A stretch of 64,000 nt of DNA, from the IMG/VR virus record IMGVR_UViG_3300034111_001607, positions 880 to 64,879 of that record. One strand, written 5' to 3'. The position numbers were made by a program, and so were the translations under genes. Positions within the stretch are counted from its first letter, which is position 1. Every line of letters begins with the position of its first letter. Under the pieces are notes generated by a model. The model saw nothing but the letters and a program-made list of their open reading frames with translations, was not told the origin of the DNA and did no database searches. Below, piece by piece: positions 19,022-29,051 of the stretch. The DNA comes from a virus. Lineage: Duplodnaviria > Caudoviricetes.

Positions 19022-20596
19022 TTAAAATCCTAAGTTATAATTAGTTGCAACACTCATTCCATTTGGAATATTATTTGCTTTTGTTTTTACTTCACTTCCC
19101 TTTGGAATACCATTTACATTTAAGTCAATACCTATTTGTGAATTTGTTGTTGTATTGTTATTGACTGTTTGGGTTTGCATAAGTCGTTGCAATGGGGATG
19201 CCTGCGGTAGACTGTCATTTATTTTGCTTTGTGGCAATTGTAATGTAGTTTCTAAACTTTGACCACCAGTAAAAAAATCACCAATTTTACTTGCTATATT
19301 TGTTAAACCTTCAAATTTTGATATAAAACTTGTCAACATATCCGAAAGCCATTGTATTTTATCTCCAACCCAGTTAAAAATTGGTTTTATTATGTTTTCC
19401 ATTATAAAACCAAGCCCAGACCATTTATAAATAAATTCTCCAGTTATCATTAACATATCCCATATTTGTTTTCTAAAGGCATATAATGCTACGCCAGCAG
19501 CAGTAATAAGAATTGGTATTGCAACCCAAGGCGATAATAATAAAGCCACTCCTGTAGCCATAATTCCTATTAAAGACGATATTAAACCAAGTGTAATTAA
19601 TATCGGTGGTAATGTTATAACAAGAAGTGTAAAATAAGTCCAGAATTTTTTTGCCTGTGGTGAAAGATTATCAATCGTTACCTTGAGTTTTGCAAAAAAA
19701 TCAGCAAGATTATTAATCATCTTACTAACTCCGCCAGTATCTAACATTTCACCAAAAGAAATCTTAAATTGCTTATATGTTTCCCCCAATCTATCCATAG
19801 CACCACTTGATGATTGTGCATATCTTGTTATAGAATCAGCATATTTTGGGTCAAGTGCAAACTTTTTCATAGTGTCTTGTAACATTTTTGGTGTTATACC
19901 AGCACCACCTTTTTCTGAAATCATATTCATAACATCCGCAGTGGTCACTCCTAATGTTTCAGCAATCATTTTTTTAATTGGTAAGCCCCATGATTCTATT
20001 ACTTTAATATCCACTAATTCAAATTTGCCCTTACCAAGACCTTGTTTAATTTGTTCTGTAATGGCATCAAAGTTCTTACCTGCACCCATACCATACAATG
20101 CGGTTGTATAATCTTCAATGAAAGGCATAATTTCTTCCGTTCCCATTCCAACTGATTGTTTTAATGAAGTCATTAAACCAAAAACCTGTTCTGTACTTAG
20201 AGCAGTTTTCATTGCAAAGTCTTGTCCAGATTTTGTCATTTTATCAGAATTTTCTTGAAATGAAACTGCCATTCTTGTTTGTAGTTGCTCAAATTCTGCA
20301 AAATCTTGATATGCACTTTTAGCAAATAACCCAGTTGGAATTGAAGCAAACAAACCTTTTGTTCCAAATGAACGCATATTACTACCAGCATTATTCATAT
20401 TATCACCCATTTTTTTTGTCTTTTGTATCAACATATCCATTTTTGAAATGGTTTTTTGCGTTGATTCTTGCATTTTTTCTTGACCGCGAACAAAAGCCCT
20501 TTCCATTTTGTCAATCTGCCCTGCCATTTTATTGATTGTAGGGCTTATCTTATCAATCAGCGTAAAAAGGTATTCGTATGTTATTTGATTTGCCAT
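19022..20596 (-). CDS. Tape measure protein
   Basis: Helical protein with a tape-measure domain (QGLGKGK..) and hydrophobic segments; position in the tail module. Confidence 0.85.
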   Translation of the reverse strand: MANQITYEYLFTLIDKISPTINKMAGQIDKMERAFVRGQEKMQESTQKTISKMDMLIQKTKKMGDNMNNAGSNMRSFGTKGLFASIPTGLFAKSAYQDFAEFEQLQTRMAVSFQENSDKMTKSGQDFAMKTALSTEQVFGLMTSLKQSVGMGTEEIMPFIEDYTTALYGMGAGKNFDAITEQIKQGLGKGKFELVDIKVIESWGLPIKKMIAETLGVTTADVMNMISEKGGAGITPKMLQDTMKKFALDPKYADSITRYAQSSSGAMDRLGETYKQFKISFGEMLDTGGVSKMINNLADFFAKLKVTIDNLSPQAKKFWTYFTLLVITLPPILITLGLISSLIGIMATGVALLLSPWVAIPILITAAGVALYAFRKQIWDMLMITGEFIYKWSGLGFIMENIIKPIFNWVGDKIQWLSDMLTSFISKFEGLTNIASKIGDFFTGGQSLETTLQLPQSKINDSLPQASPLQRLMQTQTVNNNTTTNSQIGIDLNVNGIPKGSEVKTKANNIPNGMSVATNYNLGF

Positions 20597-20597
20597 T

Positions 20598-20846
20598 TTA
20601 TTTTCTTTTTTTACTTTCTGCTTCTAATTTTTTTGAATACTCTATCAAGCTATCAATTCTTGGGTTTAGCAACGGAAGCTCAAACTCTAAAAATTCAATG
20701 TATGGCATATTTTCATAGTCTTTAATTGCAAAATAGCCTTGACAATTTGTTTGGAAAAATAAAAGCCTATCATATATTTCTAAAAATCTTATATAGGCTT
20801 CCTCAAAACATTTTACTTGTAAAGTTCCGAGAAAAAACCCAAAAAA
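20598..20846 (-). CDS. -1 frameshift extension of the tail assembly chaperone (G-T type product)
   Basis: Slippery run T TTT TTG GGT TTT TTC; the -1 frame is open for ~80 codons and stops 1 nt before the TMP ATG. Confidence 0.75.
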   Translation of the reverse strand, partial: FFGFFLGTLQVKCFEEAYIRFLEIYDRLLFFQTNCQGYFAIKDYENMPYIEFLEFELPLLNPRIDSLIEYSKKLEAESKKRK

Positions 20847-21319
20847 CTTAAAATCAATTCATCTTTTGTTTTAACACCAAGCGTTGCCAAAAATTCTTGT
20901 TTTGTAGAGTGTGTAATACCGTCTTCGCTTTTCAATGATGAAGTTTTTACAAGTATCTTGTCAACTTCATTTTCAAACTCTTCAAAAAGTTCTGCATCGT
21001 AAAGTATATCAATCAAATCGGCAGGCGTTGTTTCTATTTTTTTTACTTCCTCCGTTTTTACACTATTCTTATAAGATTGCTGTACTTCTACAAAATTCTT
21101 ACCAAGTGCACGAGCCATTGTTTCTATGTGGTTTTGTTGAAGTTTAGATTGACTTTTCTTGATATATTGTACAACCTTTCTAACATAAGTTCTTACCGTT
21201 CCAACATCAATGTCGCCAAACTCAATTGAGATAATTGCAATATCCTCAAACTCTTTTTCTTTTTGAACTCTAAAAGAAATTGGTTTTGAAAAATGAAAAA
21301 TCTTTTTTTCTTCTTGCAT
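20813..21319 (-). CDS. Tail assembly chaperone
   Basis: Between tail tube and TMP, with a slippery site near its end. Confidence 0.7.
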   Translation of the reverse strand: MQEEKKIFHFSKPISFRVQKEKEFEDIAIISIEFGDIDVGTVRTYVRKVVQYIKKSQSKLQQNHIETMARALGKNFVEVQQSYKNSVKTEEVKKIETTPADLIDILYDAELFEEFENEVDKILVKTSSLKSEDGITHSTKQEFLATLGVKTKDELILSFLGFFSELYK

Positions 21320-21332
21320 AAAACTTTATTAA

Positions 21333-21716
21333 TTACACTTTTAAAAGCGGGTCAGCACTACATTCAAGAGTAATGTCGTCTTTACCAAACTCAACACTAC
21401 CAAAGTTATCAACACCAAAATTTACGAAATCATAAGACTGGTCGTTATCATCAAATACAGATGCGGTAAAAGAGCCATTGTTTGGGCTACCAGCGACTTC
21501 TTTTGCATATTTTTCAGCACGAGCAGTAGGTTTAAAGGTTATCATTATTTTTGAATAATGCTCATCAACATTTTGCGTTCTATTGACCGTACCATTTACA
21601 TTACCCGAAACATCAAATGTTATGCTACCATAAGTTATTTTACAATCAATTAAATCAGGGAAAAGACCCTTGCCACCAATATTGATTTTTTTAATTACAA
21701 TGTTTCCACCTGCCAT
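21333..21716 (-). CDS. Tail tube protein
   Basis: 127-aa beta-rich ORF directly after the sheath gene, as in Mu. Confidence 0.65.
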   Translation of the reverse strand: MAGGNIVIKKINIGGKGLFPDLIDCKITYGSITFDVSGNVNGTVNRTQNVDEHYSKIMITFKPTARAEKYAKEVAGSPNNGSFTASVFDDNDQSYDFVNFGVDNFGSVEFGKDDITLECSADPLLKV

Positions 21717-21728
21717 ATATTATTTTAA

Positions 21729-23237
21729 TTAAATTTTTACCACAAATGTTATATCGATAAATCTAACTTGCCCAACAAGATATAATCTTAATGTTGTTGC
21801 ATAAGAACCAGCACCAAGATCAATTACTGCCGTTTGGTCAATAACATTTTCAACATCTGTGAATAAATTATTGTCGTCAATCAGTATACCATATTCCTGT
21901 GCTAACTGCTTATAAAGTCGCATAATAGCAGATTTCATTGTTCCATAACTTGCAAGCCTATCACCAGCAACACCAGTGGTTAATTTATACCTTTGGAATT
22001 GGCTTTGTAATGATTTCAAGATAAACCTTCTTGAATATGTAACGCCGTCAACAGTTGATTGGTATTTGAAAGTATCATTATCAATACCTAAATCGTCTTT
22101 TACCGAGCCAGTAAATAATTCACCAAGAAGAACTGCGGTATTACTTTCATTATTGTAAAAAGTAAAACTTCCAAGACCATCAAGAACTTCATTTTCTTCT
22201 TTTGAAAAACCAGTGCCTGTTGGAAGTGGCTGTATATCATTAAAAACAAGTTGTGCGTATGGCAAACCAATATTTTTAATTGCACCTTTTGTAATATCTT
22301 GTGCGAAGTCAACATCAGCGTCTGGTGTTAAAAATAAACTTAATTTTGATGCAAGTTGTGCCGACATAACATCAGGGTTTTCAACTAAGAAATCAGGGTG
22401 CAGTCTTCCTCTTAAAACCGCCTTATCTGTTGGGTAAAGTGCATATAATGCAGAAAGATTTGAATATGTATCTACCTTTGTTTGAATTGCAGTACTGTAT
22501 TTTAAGCCCCTTGTTACATTGAAGTTGTCATTTGTGTAATCGCTAATAAACTCATAATTATAAGTTGCAGGATATACAATAAACTTAAATGACTGGTCAG
22601 CAATAACATCAAACAAGCCAGTCAAAACTGGGTCTGTTGCACCGCTTGCTAAATAATCGGCACTTTTTGCAACTGTTAAACCTGCAACACTGCCTTCAAA
22701 ATCAAGCAATATTGTATTACCGTTCGTTCCTGCGTTTAATGCTGTAATGGTAACCGTTCCAGTTGTATTTGAAGCTGAATAATTTCTGTTAAGGTAGTTT
22801 GTAACCGCAGTTTGAAGTTTTGCACCTACTTGGGTTGCTGTTTCACCACTTAAAACATCAATTGCAAACTTTCCATTTGTTTTACTATCTACATAAAAAA
22901 TCAATGTGCCTTGCTCTGTTGCTGTGCCCGTTATCGTAAAAGTTCCCGTTGCCTTAGTGATGCCATTGTCTGCCAATGAAATTGCACTTAGTTTTGACTT
23001 TACAGTAGACTTATTAAAATCTTTTAAAACTGCACGCAAAAGCTTTGCAATATGTGAAGTTCTTCCAAAATATGTATTAACCTCACTTTCACTAATAATA
23101 TTTTCTATTAATGCACCAGCTGTTGCCGTTCCCCCTATTTTTTGCCCTACAACAAGAACATCAAAATTATTAAGACCGCCTACTTGTGCTTGCTGAACGA
23201 TTGTGCCTCGTGTTGCTGGAAATGGTTTATTTATCAT
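21729..23237 (-). CDS. Tail sheath protein (Mu gpL-like)
   Basis: VLVVGQK, FGRTSHIA, ATGTFTITGTAT..GTL, GATDPVL. Confidence 0.88.
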   Translation of the reverse strand: MINKPFPATRGTIVQQAQVGGLNNFDVLVVGQKIGGTATAGALIENIISESEVNTYFGRTSHIAKLLRAVLKDFNKSTVKSKLSAISLADNGITKATGTFTITGTATEQGTLIFYVDSKTNGKFAIDVLSGETATQVGAKLQTAVTNYLNRNYSASNTTGTVTITALNAGTNGNTILLDFEGSVAGLTVAKSADYLASGATDPVLTGLFDVIADQSFKFIVYPATYNYEFISDYTNDNFNVTRGLKYSTAIQTKVDTYSNLSALYALYPTDKAVLRGRLHPDFLVENPDVMSAQLASKLSLFLTPDADVDFAQDITKGAIKNIGLPYAQLVFNDIQPLPTGTGFSKEENEVLDGLGSFTFYNNESNTAVLLGELFTGSVKDDLGIDNDTFKYQSTVDGVTYSRRFILKSLQSQFQRYKLTTGVAGDRLASYGTMKSAIMRLYKQLAQEYGILIDDNNLFTDVENVIDQTAVIDLGAGSYATTLRLYLVGQVRFIDITFVVKI

Positions 23238-23638
23238 TTGTCTTTTTTATTAATTTCTTCTTGTTGTTTTTTAATATTTTCTATTAATTCTTTATGTTCT
23301 TTTAACAAAGCTTCAGTACTTTTCAATGTTTTTTTATCATCATCACTTCTATCTTTTTCATTCATTGCTTTGATATTTTTTAGAGTTGTTTCTAACATCT
23401 CACTAAAAATATTTGAACTTTCAAAAAATTTATCAAATTGCAATGTTTGTGCAAAATATTCACACTTTTCTTTTACACACAGTGCATGAACGCAGTTGTC
23501 TTTTATAGCGTCTTTTAACCTTGCACGCCAAAACTTGTCAAGTGGAACTCCTTGATTGTCTTTAATTTCTATGATTTGACCTTCCTCAAATTTATTTTTA
23601 TTCAAATCAAGAAATGGTGTATTGATTTTTAAAAGCAT
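23234..23638 (-). CDS. Mu gp38/DUF2635-like protein with C-terminal coiled coil
   Basis: GVPLDKFWRARLKD, directly upstream of the sheath gene. Confidence 0.55.
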   Translation of the reverse strand: MLLKINTPFLDLNKNKFEEGQIIEIKDNQGVPLDKFWRARLKDAIKDNCVHALCVKEKCEYFAQTLQFDKFFESSNIFSEMLETTLKNIKAMNEKDRSDDDKKTLKSTEALLKEHKELIENIKKQQEEINKKDK

Positions 23639-23692
23639 ATGTAACTAACTAACAGTTAAAAATAATTATGTTTTTTCACTTGTCAAGTGTTT

Positions 23693-24787
23693 TTATATAT
23701 CATCTGTAACACTTGCCAATAATTCATTGTTTTGATTTTCAAATGTCAATGATATTTCTTTAAATGGCACGCCTTCGTATGGAGTAAATTTGTCTTGATA
23801 TGTTACATATCCTAACGCTACAAAATTATAAACATGTATATACCTTTTTCCACTTTCATCGGATTCTCCATCGTGGCTTGATAAAACAAGTCTATTAGTT
23901 TTACCACTTGCATAAACGCTTGAAAATTTTGCATTACATAATGATTTTTCTAAAATCCACGCAAATTCATTCATTGCTAAATCTTTTACTGCATAAGGTT
24001 TGGTATTATTATCAATTTCAAAGGAAACAACAATTGAAAACTCTGTTTTTTGTTGTATAACTTGCTCATTGCTTAAATTTTCTACCTGCTGGGCATCTGT
24101 GAACTCTATACCATTGTTTGAATTAACAACAGAATTAACAATTGCGTACATTGAAGTTTCAAGGCTTTGGTCGCCGTTTAAATACCTACGCAACCTTTCA
24201 ATTGAAATAAACGGAATAATTTTTGTTTTTTTGTAATCAATAACCGTTGGAGTACCCCCTATAATTGTATTTGTGGTTTTTAATTGGTATGTAAATGTGT
24301 TTGCATTGACAACGTTCACTTTCTTAACTCCGTTGACATTGTCTGTATCTTGCGTTAAAATTTGACCATTTACCGTTGCAAGTGCTGGTGCGGTATTGAT
24401 TTTATAAAAAAATGTGTAATCATCAACAACTTGGAATATTTCAAACAAACCGTTATATTCAGTAGGTGTGCAACCTGCTATTTTTACATATTTGTCCGTT
24501 GCCGTGTTTATAAAGTGCATTTCATCTGTTATCACCTTTACAAGACCGTTGCCATTATATTTTAAGGAGTTTATTTGAACTGCATTGAAGGCGTTTGTTA
24601 TAATAACTTCTTGACCATTTATAAAGCCATGTGGGTTTGTTGTAATAAATGTTACCAAGCCTGTATTTACTGTAAAGGAGTTTAATGGTATTGTATTGGC
24701 AAAATATGTTAATAAACTTGGGTAGTAATACTGTGCTATTTTTGGAAACCACTCTCTTAAATGGTTAGAAATGTCAACTGTTTTCAT
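23693..24787 (-). CDS. Putative tail terminator/neck protein with inserted beta-barrel modules
   Basis: Position in the neck region; TTNPHGFINGQEV and EYNGLFEI..TFFY (FCCH-like) motifs. Confidence 0.5.
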   Translation of the reverse strand: MKTVDISNHLREWFPKIAQYYYPSLLTYFANTIPLNSFTVNTGLVTFITTNPHGFINGQEVIITNAFNAVQINSLKYNGNGLVKVITDEMHFINTATDKYVKIAGCTPTEYNGLFEIFQVVDDYTFFYKINTAPALATVNGQILTQDTDNVNGVKKVNVVNANTFTYQLKTTNTIIGGTPTVIDYKKTKIIPFISIERLRRYLNGDQSLETSMYAIVNSVVNSNNGIEFTDAQQVENLSNEQVIQQKTEFSIVVSFEIDNNTKPYAVKDLAMNEFAWILEKSLCNAKFSSVYASGKTNRLVLSSHDGESDESGKRYIHVYNFVALGYVTYQDKFTPYEGVPFKEISLTFENQNNELLASVTDDI

Positions 24788-25263
24788 ACTTTCCTCACTA
24801 AAATACCTTTTGATTTCAACGCACTATTGATTTGATTTTCAACATTCGTTTCAACTCTTTTTTCATTTGTTTTTGCTGTTCTTTCTAAAAAGTGCCTTGT
24901 TTCTTCTAAGTCTTTTGCGTAATCAATATTGCTATTTCCTGCCCCTATAACAAGCTTTCTTGACCCTTGCGTTTTTGAGTTTATTGTTTTTACAAGACCA
25001 CCAGTTCTAACTGCTGGAAAGTCTGTATTACTTCTATTTTCTGCACTCGTTGGACTTGACGCTCTAACATTTTGACCCTTACGCAAACCACTTGTAACTG
25101 GGTATATAACACCAGTTTTTACGCCATTAAACATTGCATTTTTAATATAACCAGTCAACTGTTGTCCACTTTGTTGCATACCTCTTGACATACCAGCCTT
25201 TGCAAGTTCTAATATTTCTTTTACATCGGGGCGTTTGCCAGTTATCTTTTTTTGAATAGTCAT
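24784..25263 (-). CDS. HK97 gp10-like tail completion protein
   Basis: PAVRTGGLVKTI, DYAKDLE, RHFL. Confidence 0.7.
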   Translation of the reverse strand: MTIQKKITGKRPDVKEILELAKAGMSRGMQQSGQQLTGYIKNAMFNGVKTGVIYPVTSGLRKGQNVRASSPTSAENRSNTDFPAVRTGGLVKTINSKTQGSRKLVIGAGNSNIDYAKDLEETRHFLERTAKTNEKRVETNVENQINSALKSKGILVRKV

Positions 25264-25556
25264 AAATTTAATAGTATTGCCAATTGATACGCAACTTCCA
25301 ACATTTGCTCTTTTCTATCAAATTTCCATACAACTGAACGCCCCTCTGTTGTTAAAAATACTATTGTATCATAAGTGATTTCTTTTTCTTCAATTTGTGT
25401 AGGTTTTATTTCTACAATATTTGGTATATATACATTACTATAAGAATGTTCCGATTTTGCATTTAATGAAAGACTGTTATATTTTGTAATTTTTACAATA
25501 AAATCTCTTTTAGGTATAATGTTGGCAATGGTGTTGCTAGTAGCTTTTATTAACAT
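25260..25556 (-). CDS. Hypothetical protein
   Basis: ORF within the operon. Confidence 0.5.
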   Translation of the reverse strand: MLIKATSNTIANIIPKRDFIVKITKYNSLSLNAKSEHSYSNVYIPNIVEIKPTQIEEKEITYDTIVFLTTEGRSVVWKFDRKEQMLEVAYQLAILLNL

Positions 25557-25602
25557 ATATTTTTTTTAGTTATAAATATACTTATATTATTATTTTAGAA
25601 AG

Positions 25603-25998
25603 TCAAAATTTATTTGCTTCAATATCATCTTCCCCCCTTTCAACAGTTGTAAATTTGATATACTTATCTTCTTCGTTTATGTTTTCAATATTTCTAACCT
25701 TGAAATTCTTATTTTTGAATTTAATGTAATATGACTTTGTATCATCAAAAGTTGCACGCCATCTTATTGTAAAAACAGTGGTTATCGTATCACCAAGATT
25801 TACACCGTTGTCAAAATTCCTTGTTGTTTTAGTTTTAATATTTGCTTCCGCACTTAAAACCAGTGTATGAATTTTTTCAGGCACGCCATCAATTGTATTC
25901 GGTAATTCAACGCTTACGGTGTAAATTCCAATAAGTTTGTCAAAAATCAAGCCGTCTTCGGGAATTTGTGAACCAATACAACATTTGGGTTTCCACAT
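25603..25998 (-). CDS. Head closure/head-tail adaptor (SPP1 gp16-like)
   Basis: ITTVFTIRW..IKFKNKNFKVRNIENINE. Confidence 0.75.
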   Translation of the reverse strand: MWKPKCCIGSQIPEDGLIFDKLIGIYTVSVELPNTIDGVPEKIHTLVLSAEANIKTKTTRNFDNGVNLGDTITTVFTIRWRATFDDTKSYYIKFKNKNFKVRNIENINEEDKYIKFTTVERGEDDIEANKF

Positions 25999-26001
25999 AC
26001 A

Positions 26002-26652
26002 TTAAAGTAAATCTTTTATTCTTGAATATTTATTGATTGTTTGCGAAATCCAACCATCGTGAAAACCCGAACAGTCGCATAGATTTTTTCTTATATCAAC
26101 AATATCTGCTGAATACATTTTTAAGGCTTCAATTATGTCTATTGGTAAATTTGTAAAATCGTTGTCCTCAAAACCACCAGCATAAGAGGTTTGAATATTG
26201 TTTTGAACTTCATAAAAAGAAAGGTAGCAACTTTTTAAGTTAAAAATGTATGGTGTGTTGCTTTGTTCTGTGGTAAAGTAGTAATTTTCAGTATCAAGTA
26301 CTGTTTTTGCATCTGTGTTATTCCAGTCACAAGGGTGGTATAAAACATCATTAACACTTCTTATGTTCAAATGTATTAACTCCGCTTGAAATGTCTCGTA
26401 TATAGGGCTTTGTAGGCTTCGTATTGATGCTTGAAATGTTTGGTCAAGTATAAGATAACCTGAAACGGCTTCAAACTGTTCAACTGCCTTTGGTATCACA
26501 AAGTTTTCAATCCAAGTATCAAGGCTTGTATCTGTTGGGCTTGCTTCAAACCATTTTGAATACTCCTTGACATCGACAAGTGTAATAGGGTAGCTTGTTT
26601 GGTTGTAAGTTAATCTTTTTACATTGCCAAAACTGAATTTCATTTTAACCAA
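26002..26652 (-). CDS. Head-tail connector (HK97 gp6/phiE125 gp8-like)
   Basis: PITLVDVKEY, ILDQTF, YAGGF..LPIDIIEALK. Confidence 0.75.
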   Translation of the reverse strand: MVKMKFSFGNVKRLTYNQTSYPITLVDVKEYSKWFEASPTDTSLDTWIENFVIPKAVEQFEAVSGYLILDQTFQASIRSLQSPIYETFQAELIHLNIRSVNDVLYHPCDWNNTDAKTVLDTENYYFTTEQSNTPYIFNLKSCYLSFYEVQNNIQTSYAGGFEDNDFTNLPIDIIEALKMYSADIVDIRKNLCDCSGFHDGWISQTINKYSRIKDLL

Positions 26653-27092
26653 GTAATAGCTTCTTTGTCAAATAATTCTTGAATATCAAGACCTGCTTCT
26701 TTTATTTCAGTTTCCGTGTAAATTGAGTTTTTACGGAATGCTGAACCGTCTTTTTGTTTATATCCACTTGTTTCAAAACGGTATTGAGTTTCTTGAATTT
26801 CCTCCTGTGGTTCAATTTCAAGTTCTTGAATTTGTTGTAATGTAATTATTGGTGTTTTAATTTCCGCATTTGCAATAATTTTGAACGCATCTTTTTGTTT
26901 TGTGCAAGTTAAAGTGAAGTGGTTAATAACCGTTCCAACACTTTTTGCAAATTCTATTGAGTAGATATTGTCTTTTTTAAATTCAAAAGCCCCTGCTTGT
27001 TTTTTATAATCTTGCAAACATAAAACCGCTATATGTTTGTCAATTTCAAAAGCTTGGTTTGAAATGTGAATTATTGAATTTATATCTATCAT
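26640..27092 (-). CDS. Hypothetical protein
   Basis: ORF in the head operon. Confidence 0.55.
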   Translation of the reverse strand: MIDINSIIHISNQAFEIDKHIAVLCLQDYKKQAGAFEFKKDNIYSIEFAKSVGTVINHFTLTCTKQKDAFKIIANAEIKTPIITLQQIQELEIEPQEEIQETQYRFETSGYKQKDGSAFRKNSIYTETEIKEAGLDIQELFDKEAITWLK

Positions 27093-27102
27093 ATATTTTT
27101 TA

Positions 27103-27134
27103 AAAAGTTAAAGGCGTGGGGTTTATTCCACGCC
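27103..27134 (-). terminator. Intrinsic terminator after the capsid genes
   Basis: GGCGTGG/CCACGCC stem followed by TTTAACTTTTT on the minus strand. Confidence 0.7.
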
Positions 27135-27141
27135 GTATCAA

Positions 27142-27606
27142 CTAAGCTTGTACTGGGCTAATTGGTGCTTCTGTTTCAAGTTTTTCAACAATAACGAAAG
27201 CAGACAATGCAACCGTTCCGCCAACAGTAACAATTCTTGGACGAACGAATGCTTGCCCATTTACACCCAATGAACGGAAATGAATTGCTTTAATTCCATT
27301 TGCATTCAAAAGCGTTTGAGTGAAGGCGTCAACAGTAGAAGAGCGGTCATTTCCAAGCACTTGCTCAGGATTTGAACTTGCACTAAATGTTGAAACATTA
27401 ACGCTAAAAGCGTTGTCATCTGCAACTTGCAAATCTTGAATTTGTGCCGTTCCATTTGTTCTTGAATAAACAACAAGAGACATTTTGTAAGAGACACCTT
27501 TTTCAAGTGAAATTGGTAAACCGTTTGTAACAGTAGCGGAGTTTAGTGCAACTGGCAAAAGTGCAACCACTGTTCTCGTGCCGTAAAAATAATCTGTATT
27601 AGTCAT
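27142..27606 (-). CDS. Putative capsid decoration/cement protein
   Basis: Beta-rich ORF directly after the MCP and before the terminator. Confidence 0.5.
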   Translation of the reverse strand: MTNTDYFYGTRTVVALLPVALNSATVTNGLPISLEKGVSYKMSLVVYSRTNGTAQIQDLQVADDNAFSVNVSTFSASSNPEQVLGNDRSSTVDAFTQTLLNANGIKAIHFRSLGVNGQAFVRPRIVTVGGTVALSAFVIVEKLETEAPISPVQA

Positions 27607-27632
27607 TTTATTATAAAAAAAGTTATTAATTA

Positions 27633-29036
27633 TTAAGATATGTAACCAACTACAATCCCTTCTTGACGGACGATGTTACCACCAATGTAGTCAATCATAC
27701 CATACACATTGAGCCCATCAACAAGTCTGTCTTTGAAGCTATCATCAAGCCCCACTTCCCTTGTTGTTGTTCTTGTAAGCGTATAAGCATCACGGAAGTT
27801 TGCAAATACTGCATAAGCCTTACCTGTATTTGTACCATCAATGATATAACCTTCGTTAATATCACCTGCCGCACTTGGGAAAGATTTATAGCCTGCAAAA
27901 CCATCGTGTTGAGACGCTGGCACAGACGCTGGGAAACTTTGAACACCAATTAATGGGAAAGTTCCATCAGCAGTTCTAATTCTTGCAATACCGTTTGTGT
28001 AATCAAAGTATTCAATTTTCAAGTGTCCATCAGAAGCAGGCTCGTTGTATATTTGTTGCAACGCTTGTCTGTCAATTAAACAAACCGCACCACGAAGATA
28101 CTCACTTTTCAAGCGTGAAACAAGAAGTGATACATCTGTCAAAGACAATGTATCCGCTACTTGCGTTGGAACAACTTGATTGGCTGGGAAAGTTAGTGCT
28201 TTTGGTAAAATACCTTGGATACCTTTACCAGATACTACTTTACCATTTAAAATCTTCCTTGCAATTTGTTTAGATAGTTGTACATCTAATGCACGCAATT
28301 CAGCGTCAATTGGATTTGAACGGTATTCACCTGCACGAATGCCGTGTATAACTGTGTCTGTGATGTAATTCCAAGCCTTAACTTTTTCAGGTTGAATATC
28401 AATTTGTCCCCTTTTGATAACATCTTTTTTTTGCTCAACAGACATACCTTCAAGAACTTCTTGCGGTGGTAGAACACTTATGTCAATTGTATCATATACA
28501 ACACCTTTAATAGAAGAGGCAGTTACTATATTTACAAGGTTCACAACAGGGGAGGAAGTTTGCAGGTTAATATCAATTTCACCAAGATTTCTCATTTCAC
28601 GCTGTAATGCACCAACACTTGTATTGTTATAAGAAACCAAAGATTTAAATACATCGCAGTCAATTTGTGCTTTTTCACCACTAATTGATTTTGCAATAGC
28701 GTCTTTTACTTCTGCTTTTTCCAAAATTGAAGTGTTTTCTCCACCACTCATCTTGCCTTGTGTCCTGCTTGATTTCTCAATTTCTTGAAATCTCAAGTCG
28801 TGTTCTTGCAATTTTTCATTGTTAGACTTTTGAATTTCAGCAACCTTAGCAACCTTTGCTTCCATTTTTTCTTCCATTGATTTTTCAATTTCTTCTTTTG
28901 ATTTTGCAATTTCAGCGTTTTTTACTTGAAATTCAACAAGTTTAGAAACTGATTTTGTTAGCTCAGCTTGGCTTTCCATTAATGCTGGAATTTGTGCCAA
29001 ATGTTCTGCCACTTTTTGTGGTATCATTTCGGACAT
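27633..29036 (-). CDS. Major capsid protein, HK97 fold
   Basis: N-terminal coiled-coil delta domain, ILNG...GIQGIL, AVFANFRDAY, GGNIV; follows the prohead protease. Confidence 0.88.
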   Translation of the reverse strand: MSEMIPQKVAEHLAQIPALMESQAELTKSVSKLVEFQVKNAEIAKSKEEIEKSMEEKMEAKVAKVAEIQKSNNEKLQEHDLRFQEIEKSSRTQGKMSGGENTSILEKAEVKDAIAKSISGEKAQIDCDVFKSLVSYNNTSVGALQREMRNLGEIDINLQTSSPVVNLVNIVTASSIKGVVYDTIDISVLPPQEVLEGMSVEQKKDVIKRGQIDIQPEKVKAWNYITDTVIHGIRAGEYRSNPIDAELRALDVQLSKQIARKILNGKVVSGKGIQGILPKALTFPANQVVPTQVADTLSLTDVSLLVSRLKSEYLRGAVCLIDRQALQQIYNEPASDGHLKIEYFDYTNGIARIRTADGTFPLIGVQSFPASVPASQHDGFAGYKSFPSAAGDINEGYIIDGTNTGKAYAVFANFRDAYTLTRTTTREVGLDDSFKDRLVDGLNVYGMIDYIGGNIVRQEGIVVGYIS

Positions 29037-29051
29037 ATAGTTTATAAATAA

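Noticed and set aside
5552-28632. Numerous plus-strand ORFs of 60-200 aa opposite the structural genes
   Set aside because: Antisense shadows of long genes, with no motifs or start context
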